From Amoebophrya sp. A120 (lineage: Eukaryota > Protista > Dinoflagellata), in assembly GCA_905178155.1 (NCBI GenBank), contig CAJINV010000007.1, positions 1,705,341 to 1,769,340 on the forward strand: a DNA stretch of 64,000 bases, given 5' to 3'. Both the position numbers and the translations under genes were made by a program. Shown here one piece after another: positions 11,401 through 22,301 of the stretch (the first letter of the stretch is position 1; every line of letters begins with the position of its first letter). Below the pieces are notes generated by a model. That model searched no databases. It was not told where the DNA came from and worked only from the letters and a program-made list of their open reading frames with translations.

Positions 11401-13739
11401 CCGGCGAGGTGGAGATCGACGGGAAGCGTCTGAAAGCGCGGTCGGCCTACAGCAAGATGAGCGCGGCGCCAACGCAGTTGCAACAAATGACCATGATCAA
11501 CAGTGGGGGAAATGCTGGGGCGGGAGGACAAACAGGGGGGATGATGCTGCCGGCGTATAGTAATTTTCCCACTGCTGGTCCTGGTGCAGGTTCCTCCGAT
11601 GCCCAGAACAACTACACTTTTGCACCCCCACACCAGAGTGCAGCGCGCGCGGCGGGAGCATTGAGCACCATGAAGACAGGCAGTCAGGAAAAGATTGAAA
11701 TGACTCTCGGGCCAAACAGAAACGACGGGGGCCTCTTTTCGGACGGTAATATAATAGCTTATAGCGGCCTTGAGCCGCCGTCGGTGGATGAGGCTGACGA
11801 CAGTAAACTCGTGCACCAAGCTCAACTAAACAGTAAGCGGCAGCTGGTAACATTTGGCCCCGGAAATAATAACAAACCAAGCCTCCAACACTCGGAACAT
11901 GATATTAACACTTCTCCTATATTAATCGGGGACAATCACGACGACCCTAATGAGATAGGCGCAGCAAGGTCGTCGAGCCAAAGCACACAACCACAGTCGG
12001 GAACTTTTCTCACAACGGCTTCCAGTAGCACGTCGGGTTCCTCTGCCCTACCCAGCAGTATCGACTGGACGACGAAAGTGTCCAACCCATCCGACGGCCG
12101 GGCCGGGGGCGGAAGCTTTGCCGCGCAGCTGCCTCCCGGTTCGAAACTTTCTTCCGCGGGGCATCTCGCCTCGGGGGTGTCATACGATTTGGAGCCGCAG
12201 CCACCCAATACGATCATGTCCAACACTTCGAGTTTGTATCTCGGGACCCTCGGGGAGCATCCGCATGGGCTCCAGCACCTGACGAACACCTTACCACCTG
12301 GAGCTCCTGTAGTCGGGGGTCCTCAACACCAAACCGGGCTTGCTCAGGGCATCAATCCCGCTGGGACCACCCTCGCGACGACCACCGGGGCGGCGCACCA
12401 GCATCTTCAAATGCGGAAGCTGGATTTATCGTCCCCCAATATCCCTGGCGGGTTCGCGAAGGCCGCTGTTCTAGAGGATGAGATGATCGGAACGCCGCGG
12501 GAGATCTACTTTGGCCACGAGACGCTCGGCTTCGTGGTCACCAGCTTCGGCGCGCGGGTGGAGCACACGGGGGCCAAGCACACCGTGGAGGCGATTTCGG
12601 ACGACGTGTTTTGTGCGTGTTTGTCCGGACAGGACTTCAACCGGTTACTCCGCCCTCTCGCGGAGCAACTCACCACCGCGGCCAGCTGGGCGAAGCGGCA
12701 ATCGGCGATGGAGATCGTGAAGCGGAACTCCGAAACCCACGCGCTGGAGCAGGAGATGGCGAATCTGAAGTTTTCCCACTTGGCAAAGCAAGCCATTCTC
12801 GGCTACGGGGGCTTCGGGGTGGTCAGTCTGGAGAAAAACCTCCTCACCGGGAAAGCGTACGCGCTGAAGTCGATCCGGAAGGGGTGGGTGGTGAGCCACA
12901 AGCTGGAAAAAGCGGTCTTCACCGAGAAGAAGCTGATGCTGCTGTGCCGGAACTGCGACTTCGTGGTCCGCTTGTTGGCGACCTTCAACCTGCGGAACGC
13001 CCTGTGCATTTTGATGGAGCCGATGCTGGGCGGAGAACTGTATCACCAGTACCACACCAAAATGTTCCACGGCGATAGCAAGAAGGCGCGGTTTTATTGC
13101 GCGGCCACCATTGAGGCGTTGCACTACATGCACGGCCGGAGCATCCTCTTCCGGGATCTGAAGCCCGAGAACCTCTTGCTGGACGTCGACGGACGGTGCA
13201 AGCTGACCGATTTCGGGCTGGCGAAGCAAACCATGACGAAGACCTACACCACTTGCGGCACGCCGGACTACTACGCGCCGGAGATCATCGCGCACACGGG
13301 CCACCACTTCGGCGTGGATTGGTGGACGCTGGGGGTGATGCTGCACGAGTTCATGTCCGGGCACGCGCCGTTCGAAGCCAGCACCGCGCAGAAAACGTAC
13401 GCGCTGATTCGACGCGGGGTCACCTTCGTTCGGTTTCCGTATCGCGGGAGCGATCCTTTAGCCGTCGACCTCGTGATCCAACTACTGCAAGCGAATCCAG
13501 AAGACCGGTTACCGATGAAGCCGGATGGGGCGACTCTGTTGAAAGAGCATCCCTGGTATTTCAAGGCAGATTTTGTCTGGCGAGATTTCGAATCGAAAAA
13601 GATGCCCGCGCCTTTCAAACCGGATCTGCGCGGGATGTTCGATACGCGACAGTTCAAGGCTCTCAGCGAGAAAGATGTGCCCGATGTCTTTGATTCGCAT
13701 TATGAGGATCCGAAGAACGGCTGGGATATAGGCTTCTGA
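8433..13739 (+). CDS. Giant intronless PKG-architecture kinase (1768 aa), paralog 2, with long low-complexity insertions and degenerate CNB-B/C
   Basis: Single ORF with [49 protein letters not shown] and terminal WDIGF; collinear with paralog 1 outside the insertions. Confidence 0.9.
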   Translation: MFLPAPRAIVDLTTANQKLFFRGRLRECLKDIPLFSKLSVAQRENLGQAMMLEQLVPGAVVCNEGEEGDMMYVLLQGLLEVQTCDHSFLKKGHTCQLAVDCTIKGEKYPRGTRGVIDKVDLSRGFPYTFRVSDTRTKGEKKEKKRKTKATPKSQEEKSASSGSDKELPSGDEAGEGGGEMNIKGEKKNKKKRKNRSMGSAEQTQSEDSEPRSGAEGQDEEATDSLKQGLAVVKKKAKSKDNAAEQETKDTAIRGRLAGYELEPLEDSELFKPKTIAFLRPGDYFGEQSLLRNCARDASVIVPPNLVELMEQQRLRTSSRLGSSFLLHKHDSSATLGGNMLLKKMASSGTVINQKTPTSPESAAEQQMTGGAQQEVELVAVTPITTPAAGDTPAPSPPPETTDSPNGAPASAPAAAADKTGTTTTNLVTSVFSDKSNTSLHSAVSTTSRDQKIDPNACIVACLEKKEFERLNLRRDIVFPTRPAVRVVEEDVEKRLKGKDLRKTEHERQFLLQALRDDVLLREICDLDEKDLVHMVEMAYKRTVTSNEIITHEGDLFAHECYIVQSGEYQCIDHVTVMGSSDGAASSANTTTTATGSAETRTNNYVFGEAGLQAAGIQTAGANFTGGTTGAAGAGLNTAGGGILKRMQTNSALSTQPPGTAAGTAANSPTVTIAAPTPSRNKKVSKVALLANKFGGAKPINLLPTPSPGMSPKGLLSSEQQDGGGTLANDDTSTGAVSTAKNYTATKNKQGQASSNWLSLSNILGFGDKSSTTREQRGGTQGRDLASWITESEQQDGTTTSPPGQELRNSNSPYMNNGAKGQAFSKNKLHHMQSFADFTTPPKMNWNNVNNLFGTLSNREMKSHERAHARYNERLLKQMFTPSGGLKPGDLFGHVAVLEHRTTIATVRCVSEVGTLWVLDRVAFRAVVRRNLQARLQKYVTVIRNIPEFNALLVEEVEALAECFYLKYFAKRERIQTKQDSSQQTFFILLSGEVEIDGKRLKARSAYSKMSAAPTQLQQMTMINSGGNAGAGGQTGGMMLPAYSNFPTAGPGAGSSDAQNNYTFAPPHQSAARAAGALSTMKTGSQEKIEMTLGPNRNDGGLFSDGNIIAYSGLEPPSVDEADDSKLVHQAQLNSKRQLVTFGPGNNNKPSLQHSEHDINTSPILIGDNHDDPNEIGAARSSSQSTQPQSGTFLTTASSSTSGSSALPSSIDWTTKVSNPSDGRAGGGSFAAQLPPGSKLSSAGHLASGVSYDLEPQPPNTIMSNTSSLYLGTLGEHPHGLQHLTNTLPPGAPVVGGPQHQTGLAQGINPAGTTLATTTGAAHQHLQMRKLDLSSPNIPGGFAKAAVLEDEMIGTPREIYFGHETLGFVVTSFGARVEHTGAKHTVEAISDDVFCACLSGQDFNRLLRPLAEQLTTAASWAKRQSAMEIVKRNSETHALEQEMANLKFSHLAKQAILGYGGFGVVSLEKNLLTGKAYALKSIRKGWVVSHKLEKAVFTEKKLMLLCRNCDFVVRLLATFNLRNALCILMEPMLGGELYHQYHTKMFHGDSKKARFYCAATIEALHYMHGRSILFRDLKPENLLLDVDGRCKLTDFGLAKQTMTKTYTTCGTPDYYAPEIIAHTGHHFGVDWWTLGVMLHEFMSGHAPFEASTAQKTYALIRRGVTFVRFPYRGSDPLAVDLVIQLLQANPEDRLPMKPDGATLLKEHPWYFKADFVWRDFESKKMPAPFKPDLRGMFDTRQFKALSEKDVPDVFDSHYEDPKNGWDIGF

Positions 13740-14624
13740 TGACACGAAGAAGAAGATCATGTTGATCTGGCCTAATTTCTTTTGCCTGCAGCTTCGATCG
13801 ATAGTCCTCACGGGGGTAGCTTTGGTGGTGTTTATTTCCGACCCCAGCGCTTTCAACAGGAGCAGAAACGAAATTTTTCAACATCGCACTCTCGTGGTTC
13901 TGGTTTCGTATTTGAGACAACGCATAACATCAGTGCGCGGGGGCTTTTCCCGAATCTTCTGAGGATGTTTTTCATCGTCATTGCTGATTTGTTACCGATG
14001 GATGTGCTATACTAGCTGTGTTCCTCACAAGCGAGAGAGTCTGAAACAGTAGAAAAAACCACTCTTCCACCTTTAGGCTCAGACCTTTACGCTCAGACCG
14101 GCTTTCTACTGAAATATTTGAACAATGAATGTAAGTATGTAAGACTTTCTTCTGACTGTTTTGGTTATTTTTCGCTCGTTTTGCTTTCCTCGGTTCTCCC
14201 ACTTCTCTGTGCTTGCGTTATTTTGGATCCGATTTTCTTGCTTGTCGTTGTTCTTCGTTTTGATGTGGTTCATAAGCAGCTCACACAGTAGAAGGAGAAC
14301 AATTCTACTAGTTCGTAGTTTTGATTTGCTATTGCTTCCACGACGACCTTTCATCAAAAAACCATAGAGATTTGCTCGCTCCTTTCCAAGAAATTTGTGG
14401 TCATTGGACAACGGAAGTCGTTTTGTGCACCTTCGACTTGTGGTCGTCTCACAGCGAAGCGCATACTCTTTCAGGACAGAAAATTGGCCGTCCCAGCACT
14501 GAGACTGACGGTTGAGTACGACGAGTCAAGATCTTGGTCCTGCTAGTGCTCCTTTTTGTCGTTCTTCGTCATCTTTACGTTCACGCACTGCATTTGCACA
14601 TACCTTCATCCCACAAAGAATAAG

Positions 14625-17600
14625 ATGATCGATCCTGTTGAGGTTCTCCAGGTCCATGAGGCTACGGGTGTTTCTGCGTGGTACGCTGCGGAGGTGGTGG
14701 ATTGGAGCGATGACAAACTGAAGTGCGCTATCGATGCGGACACAACGGTGGAGGTTGACTTTAGCTGCGTCAGGCTCGCTATGCATTGCAAAAGCATGAT
14801 CGCGCTAGTTGTAGTAACAATTGCACTTCTACAGCCTTTGCATCTCTACGTTGAAAAGTTGCAATGGAAAAGAAGAGTTGTAACAAACGCTGAACTCGCT
14901 CACGACGAGCAGCGAAATTTGTCAAGCAAGGTTGCAGTTACTACGAGCGCGATACGTTTTGCGCAGGATACTGGCAAAGGATCAAGCGGCCTCGAACGAA
15001 GCGTTTCAGCCACAGGTACCTTTGCTTTAGTGGCGCTTGAGTGAAAATCAAAATTCATTATATCTTGTTCGATATTGTTTTGTATTTGTTCTTGTTGTGT
15101 ACCAGCCACATATTGTTTACAGTTGATGCTAGAGCCTCTACCTGAAGCCGAGACCACATCGCTCACAGTGGCAAGAAAATCTTCCACAATACTCAAACCC
15201 AAAGCCCGGCACCGTGTGTGAAGTTTTGAAGCAAGGGCCTCTGAAAGCGCTGGGATGGCAGCAATGCTGCATAAAGCAGATTCGAGACGACTTCTATTTC
15301 GTGTACCAGGGGGATCCAGCAAAGTATTGGTTGATAAATTTTAATTACTTGTCTACTTGACAGTAGGTACGTTGTGCTTGTGATGTTGTCTACCTCTTGC
15401 CTGCGCCTGCCACAAACTCAAACCACCTGCATAACTGCATTTGCAGGTTTGTGCGTGATGAGCCCCCGGTATTCGATGAACAAGCGTTTGAATTAAAGAT
15501 ACGAATAAAACGCTATCACTCCTATCAGCTCATGGATCGTGGAGCGGTCGAACCTGCGGCCGATCCAGGATAGCAGCAGCAGCGGCGGCGGTTCCTCAGG
15601 TTTGTCCTTCCAAAACGTATCTCGGGAGGTCATCCCCTTGGAACAGGAACTTTCGGCCTGGGTCACAGACGGCGCCGGGGACGCGGATGCCTGCCTTCAG
15701 CAGGTGGCATCCAAGGTGGGACTGCTCATCTGTCGCGGTGGCTTGAACAGCGAAACAAGCAAGCCCGAAGTGGTCATGGTAGGTATAAAGGAAAATAACG
15801 ACAATATTATACGACTCTCATGTTTTAGTGACCACTCGTGATCATCATGATCATGTTTGATATTCATATTACCAGAAGCAATCTTAGAAGCGAGGCCTTT
15901 CAACTTGATATGCGTGCTCATATCGTTCTGACACTGGCTATGACTAAGACTTCTATGCAAGAACGTTGAGAGTTGCAGTTTGATGTCACGACTGTACCTG
16001 TAGTGATAAGACATATCATCCACACCAACTTGAGGTGAGAAAGTCGCACTCCGGCGCGGGCGCATGCTGCTGAGCACGCACTTGAAGCACCAGAAGTCAA
16101 TCCAGCAATTCCATGTGAAGCGGGAGAAAAAGATGAAAGCATTGGTATCCTGAGTAAAAACGTACCCACACCAGAGTCAGGATGGGGATTTTGCAACACA
16201 AGCCTCGGAGTTTTGTGAGTCACGCATGACAAGTTGCACTCTGCAGTGTAGTGCAGGTTAGCAAGTGCAGCCGCGTCACAGATTCATCTGCTCATCCTGT
16301 TCACAGCATCACAAATTCCAAAACACGACTGGAAATGGCTCTCATGGGGATGCGCATTACAAGTCTTCTTGTCTTTGCAAATCTGCATTACAACTCTGGT
16401 GTGGGTACGTTTTTACTCAGGATAATTGGATGAGCAGCGGAACAAATACAGCGACAAATTTTCGCATGTATCTATCATTTTGAAATTTCTGATTAACAAA
16501 AATATATAGTTTTTCTCGAGATGTATGAGCATGATAATGATGTACAGGAGCGTGGTCATCTTGGCTAGTACAACCTCCTCTTCACAAAACTCAGAGACGA
16601 CACACTAAGATGAATCAACTATATCAGGAATGGGTCGCAGAGGGTAAGTGCGCCGGTATGATTGTCGGCAAGGAAGGGAAAAACGTAAAGAGGGTTCGTG
16701 CGGCGCACGGCGTCGAGATCCTCATTGATGACGAGGAGGACGGTTCGGTTAAAGTCCGCATCTACGGTGACACGCAGGAGCAGGTGGACAAAGCGCGGGC
16801 AGAGCTAGAATACGTGCGGGATGAATTCCAGGTGGAGAAGAACCTGGTCGGCTGGGTCCTGGGGAAGAGACGGGCGAATCTGAATGACATCCAGGAGCAG
16901 AGCGGGATCGGGCAATGCATGTATACATAGTTTTGCTTTTAGGTGGGTGCGTGGTTTTTAGTTGCATGGTTCTTTCATCAATTACATCTGGTATAGTACA
17001 TGATTTTTCATCTCGTAGAGGTTCTTCTTCTTCTTCTTCTTCTTCTTCTTCATTGCTTTCACTGCATCACAGCTTCGACGGCGACAGGAATGTTGTCACG
17101 TTGATCGGTCTGAAGGAGCAAGTGCAGGACGCAATGATGCTGCTAGAGGCACACTGCACCTACAACGACGTCTATCAAGAGATGGATGAGGAGCTTGCGG
17201 AGCTTGAAAACGAGCTCGACCGCGGCAACAGGGGCGCGGGGAGAGGTGGTATAGGATGGCTGCGTCTTTCGATATTGCATGAAACACATCTTGACTCTTG
17301 CACTTTCTCATGCATGAAAATGATGGAGATCGAGATGGACTATACGCTGGATCTGGATGATGTCTTCGTCTTCACTGATAGAAGATCGGCTACCACAGGT
17401 ACTAAGGGTAAGGGAAAGCGTGGCAAGGACAGCGAGTCTATGCATCGGAAATGTGTCTGGGTATGGAAGATTGCTAGATTTGCCACGCATGTTTGATATG
17501 ACTCGAGACTCTGTGATGTAGGGACGTGAAGAAAAGGTCGGGCCCTCTTGTCTGTCATGCAAAGCCGCAGCCTGTGCCTGGGCTTGCCATGCGGAACACG

Positions 17601-18835
17601 CAACACATACTACTACTAGGAGCCCAAAAGTTCAACGTCATGCTTGGCTGCGTTATAATGTTGCAGTGCGCCTAGGATTCACTTTTAGCATTACAGCCTT
17701 CTCGACCCAGACATGTTTGCACTTGATAGAGTCCTCCTCCGCCCGCCCGTCCTCCTCCTCAAAGTCCAAGAAGGGATCGGGGAAGATAGGCATCGCAAAA
17801 GTATCGTCCTAGTATGAATTGTCACATGACAAATTTTTCCAGAAGGGAACCCGATCAGTTTGTAATGCTGAACAAGACTTATCTAAAAGACAAAAACAGA
17901 GAGAGCTGCGTTCATGGCGCAGCAAAGGTGAAATAATAAGTAGCTACGAGTGCTGCGTCAATACTTTTGCACAGGATAGAGGAAGGGCGAGCGCAACTCG
18001 CGCAGCAACTACAGTTCCGCGGCGGACAGTCCGGAGGACGGTGCGGGAGAACCAAGACAGCAGGGCAGAAACAGCAACAAATCGGTCGGGAAGAAGGGAC
18101 GCAACAACATAACTGTTGTCACCCGTACCGCGGATGTGGAGGAATACGATAAGAAAGAGGAGGATTACCCGAGTTTGACGGAAGCTGCAATGACGCCGTC
18201 AAACCGCAAGAGTCGCGGGAAAAAGAAGGGGCAGAACAAGAACGACAGCAGTGGTGCAGCGGATGTTGACAAGAAGGATAACGATAGTGGTACTGCTGAC
18301 AAGACCGCCGACCAACCGGACAAAGACAGCTCCGCCACCTCCAAGCAGGACAGCTCAGCCTCCAAGGTCGTCGTAGCCGGCGCGAGCAACTCCACAGCGA
18401 CTCCGGTCGTGAACAGCGGGTCAGCGGATGACGCTTCGCCGGGAACGACCATGGCCGCAACTCCGTCATCCTCCTCGCAGAAGAAGCAGCGCGGCCGCCG
18501 CTCAGGGGTATGCATCGCAAAAGTACTTTTATCGCGCGCATTATTATGATAATCTGCATATGCAAATCCAAATTTTTAGTTGAGAAGAGCAACTGGAATT
18601 GTCATGTTGCATAAGGCAAAAGCAAAAGGTTCGACCTGTCTGTCATGCGTGGCTGCAATTTGAATGTATACGAGTGCGATGGTTGATATTTATATTTTGC
18701 GTTGCATACGAGGGAAATAAGGACGACTTGGTGAATGAAAACGACACGTCAAGCTCGCCGGCGGGAAAGGGCGCGAAGAATCTGAAGGCGGAAAGCACTA
18801 ACACGATCTCCACAACCACAGAGGTGGAGGCGTAG
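14625..18835 (+). CDS. FMR1/FXR-like RNA-binding protein (tandem Agenet/Tudor + KH domains + RGG/low-complexity tail), paralog a; about 12 exons
   Basis: Reconstructed exons give VEVLQV..SAWYAAEVV (Agenet 1), FQPGTVCEV..GWQQCCIKQIRDDFYFV..IVERSNLRP (Agenet 2), FSHEWVAEGKCAGMIVGKEGKNVKRVR (KH, GxxG), FQVEKNLVGWVLGKRRANL (KH), then RGAGRGG. 11 inferred introns, 5 of them TIR elements. Confidence 0.75.
14780..14970. mobile_element. Introner-like TIR element, family C
   Basis: tatgcattgcaaaa...ttttgcgcaggata; TSD ctcgc/ctggc (4 of 5); removal restores VRLAKDQ. Confidence 0.8.
16146..16424. mobile_element. Introner-like TIR element, family A
   Basis: TIR tatcctgagtaaaaacgtacccacaccagagt; perfect TSD attgg; removal restores KMKALDEQRN. 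Confidence 0.95.
17439..17728. mobile_element. Introner-like TIR element, family B
   Basis: tatgcatcggaaatgtgtctgggtatggaaga...gacccagacatgtttgcacttgata; perfect TSD gagtc; removal restores KDSESSSAR. Confidence 0.85.
17787..17978. mobile_element. Introner-like TIR element, family C (degenerate)
   Basis: taggcatcgcaaaagtat...atacttttgcacaggata; TSD gaaga/gagga; removal puts upstream exon in frame with ORF 18136-18549. Confidence 0.75.
18509..18708. mobile_element. Introner-like TIR element, family C, now inside a canonical GT-AG intron (18508-18712)
   Basis: tatgcatcgcaaaa...ttttgcgttgcata; flanks agggg/cgagg; the GT-AG intron is element + 5 nt and in frame (RSG|GNKDD). Confidence 0.8.
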
Positions 18836-19899
18836 TTGGTTGAGGTCTAAAAATACTGCTGGGGGGCGTTTCAAGATCGGGCGAAACGGAAACAGATTTC
18901 TAACATATAGTAAAAACTATTTATTGTTCAGCTTCAGGGCGGGGGTACTTCGACTTGCTGTCACAACTGTGTCTGTGACAAGCATCCTATCCAACCACCT
19001 CTACTTGTATACGTTCATATACAACACGGCGATTCATAGGTTCTATTCTTCTACTTTTTCACTCTCAATTAAACTCTTTTTCTACTCCATTTTCTCGAAG
19101 AACTGATCTGTATTTAGAAGTTGTCACATAACTCCGAGGTTTCTACCGAAGCTCGTGACAGCAGATGTTTTACTTGATCGCGAAATGTAAAGGAAAAGGC
19201 TAGTACAGTTTTCAAAATTGGTTCAGTTGGTTCCATCAAAAAGAGGTCTAAAACTGGCCGATACTAGCAAGCTTATATATATGATTTTGTTTGTCTCCTT
19301 TTCATCTTGTTTCATTTATGATATAAAAAACTTTTCCTAGTGCTGGTTGACAAAGAAGCAAAGGTGCAACTACCGACTCAGAACTACTTTTCGTTCTGAT
19401 TGTATTGTCCAGAAAAACTACCTCGAGCACCAAGTACCGCGGTAGTAAAGTCAACGGCTGGAAGCATTAGCGATAGATGAAATTGACCAAGGAGCGTATA
19501 ATTTTCAGAGGGGAATAAAATATAAATATTCTCCGAGGTCACTTCTTTTTTGTTGGGAGTACCACAAGAGCAAGTCAAAATTTATGATGTGCAGCACTTG
19601 ACATTTCGTACTCGTTTTTGTATATATTTGAGGCGATATTGCTTGTCAGATGCTTTTTGAATGCCTTGCTTGATCGCTATTTTGGCCGACGCTGTCAGTG
19701 TCGAACCTAAACTGAACCTGGATTGAAGTTTTTTGTTTTTCGAGCACTTGTGAAAAAAAAAGAAAATTGCTCAGCAGAGACTCTATGCTTGTTGTATCGG
19801 ACTGATTGGTTCAAGAGGCAAAATTGAATCGGCTATGCGCCGCTCTGTTTGTGCTGTCGCTAGCTACTACAAAGCGAAGGCTGACGCCGATGGAAAAGT

Positions 19900-21600
19900 T
19901 TCTCCATTCGTTATCGTGTCGATTTGATGCCCCTGCGTTCAGTACTCACGACGCAAGGGCGCCCCCCCCGGGTTCCTTGTTCATAAGCGGCGGCGCCTGC
20001 AGTGTCTCGGCTGCATGGGGGTGGCGCCGCGCCCCGGCGGGGAGGCGCCACCGCTGCGGCGCTTTTGGAAGATTTGGCGGAGGCGGCCCATACGCGCGGC
20101 CCCGCGCCGCGGCCCCTGTCCCGTGTGGTTTTGCTTTGCCGTGCTTTGTGAGGGGCCTGCCAGGGTTGTTGATTGGGCATGGGCGTCAGCCTGTCGGGTT
20201 TCAGGCTGGGGACGCACGGGCGCCGAGACGGGCGCGCGTATTGGGTGGCCCCGGCTTTGGGGGGCGCCGGTGGGTCCCCTGTTTCGTGTTTTCTCTGGCG
20301 CCCGCCGCGCCGGCACTCTGCCCGCCGCCGATGGGGGGCCTTTTCTTGTTGGCGGCGCCGGACTTGGACATGATCCCGAAAAGGGTGAACGCCGCCAAAA
20401 GCCCGAAGGAGGAGGAGGCGAAAAGCGTGCCGAAGGTCTCCGCCGGTGTGGCTTTCTCGGCGATTGTGCCGCCGTTGTCCCCGTGCCTGCGTGCCTTTGG
20501 ACGGCCGGCCCTCTTTTGCGCGCGCGGTATTATTTCCCGGGGCCGCGCGTTGCAAGTTGTATGTCGGAAAGTTGACCGATCCCGATGCGCTATCTGGTGC
20601 AGCGAGCTCGACGCGGCCGATATTCCAGTCGGTTGCGCCTTAAGTCTTAAATGAGGCCCGGTTTGGGGAGGATGGCGACATGGCGGAGCTCGATCAGTCC
20701 TCAGAAGGCGGCGACTTCGGGCCATTCGCCTGCTCCCTTGGCAGCTCGAAGGGAGGAGCCTCCGCCAGTCTGGTTCTTTAGAAGGGGAGCCCGCCCGGGC
20801 CCCTAAGGACCCGGCGCAGCGAATTGGTGGGGCGCTTGGTTGCCTGGCATCCGTGCGGGGCCCGGCTTGGGATTAGGTTGCGGCCCGCTCGGCGAATGCG
20901 AAGGAAAGCGGCCCCGCGAAGGGGCCCCCCGGTGGTCATAATGCGCGTGGCCGTCCGCGCGCGCCGCCGCGCGCGGATTGATTTCTTCGTGAAAGAACAA
21001 AATGGCGCGAAGTTTTGGAAAGATGCAGCGCCACAACGCGCAAAGCGCAGATCGGGGCGAAGGGCGGCAGCGAACCAGCGCGAGGGCTTTTCGGGCAAAG
21101 AACCAACCGACCGCCCAGGTGTTCATGGTGTTGGGCGACTGGAAGGACACTTGCGAGCTGAAGAAGGGGGAGCGTGCGGCCGAATTCACCCGGTGGGCCT
21201 TCAAAAAAATCGCCAAGGCCGCCCGCCGGGCGGCCGCCCGGCCGGCGATTGGCGGGAGCCAAGCCCGCCAACCCCGTCCGGCGGCGCCCCTCCGCCAAAC
21301 GTGCGCGCCCGCCTCGCCAGGTAGCTCGCTCGCTGGGGGGCGTATGGTCGGGCTAGGGCTTTTTCTTAGTGTGTTAGCTTGTGGCGCCGCGCCCGACGCC
21401 CCGTCCGTGTGTGCGTTCGTTGCGCGGGAGCTTATCTGATTGCGTTTCCTGTTGCTTCTCTGATTGCGGTTCCTGCGCATTGGTTTCCTGCTATGAACCG
21501 CCGGCCGCGTGTGTTGGGTGAGCGGTTGTGGTTGGTGTCTCTCCGTTGTGTCTCTCGGGCATACAGTTTGTTCGGTTCTTGGGCACACGCTACATGGATG
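19900..21600 (+). mobile_element. GC-rich decayed retroelement relic, possibly tyrosine-recombinase (DIRS/Ngaro-like)
   Basis: Abrupt GC-rich block with frameshifted ORFs; VFMVLGDWKD (ORF 21002-21439) resembles the LGRWxS box of tyrosine recombinases. Boundaries approximate, no terminal repeats identified. Confidence 0.35.
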
Positions 21601-22301
21601 CATCTCTGTCTATCTTTGGCATCCGATCATGGCATTTTCTGCTTTGGCTGGCCGGCTGAAAGTAAAAGTAGAGAGGACAGTTAGCGAAAGCGCCAAGAGA
21701 TTTTTCTGGCGTTGGGGTTGGCGCTCATCGAGGCATCTCCAGCATGTTTCAAAGAAATCGATCCCCTCGCGTTGGTTTCCTTTCTTCTGAACTCGGTTGT
21801 CGTGCTGTTTTTGTCAACTCCAACAGGCCTCATCATGTCGATGACGATGTCGATAATCTAGTAGCTGCAGCTGTAGCAGCACATCAGCTGCTTTTTTAGG
21901 AGTTACGAACAGAGCACCAGACAACCAGCCTGTCGATGTTTTGTCGGACTATAAGTTTACGCACTCAGGAGCAGCACCGTTCACGAACTAATATGTAACG
22001 GAGGGGTCCTCGACTTTCGACATTGAAAGCGCAACCGGGCCCGCCTGCGTGTTTGCCTCTGACCGGCTCGTTTCATGTCCTAGGTCGTTCCTTTCTGCTT
22101 CTAATATCTTGTCCTGCTGCGTGTTTCGTCTTGACTTTTGACGAGTAGTGGGAGTGCCACCAGCAGCTGCTCCTGCGCTTCACGCCGCCGACGATTTTTG
22201 GTCTCGAGAGTACGTACAAAAGCGCCTGTCTCGACGTAGTGCCATCATTGTTCAACCACCTGGTAATCCGAAGTCGCTGTGAGGACGTCCCTCCGTCCAC
22301 C

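Noticed and set aside
19806-21603. Overlapping Arg/Pro/Gly/Ala-rich ORFs as host genes
   Set aside because: Explained by stop-codon scarcity in GC-rich DNA; no coherent gene structure.
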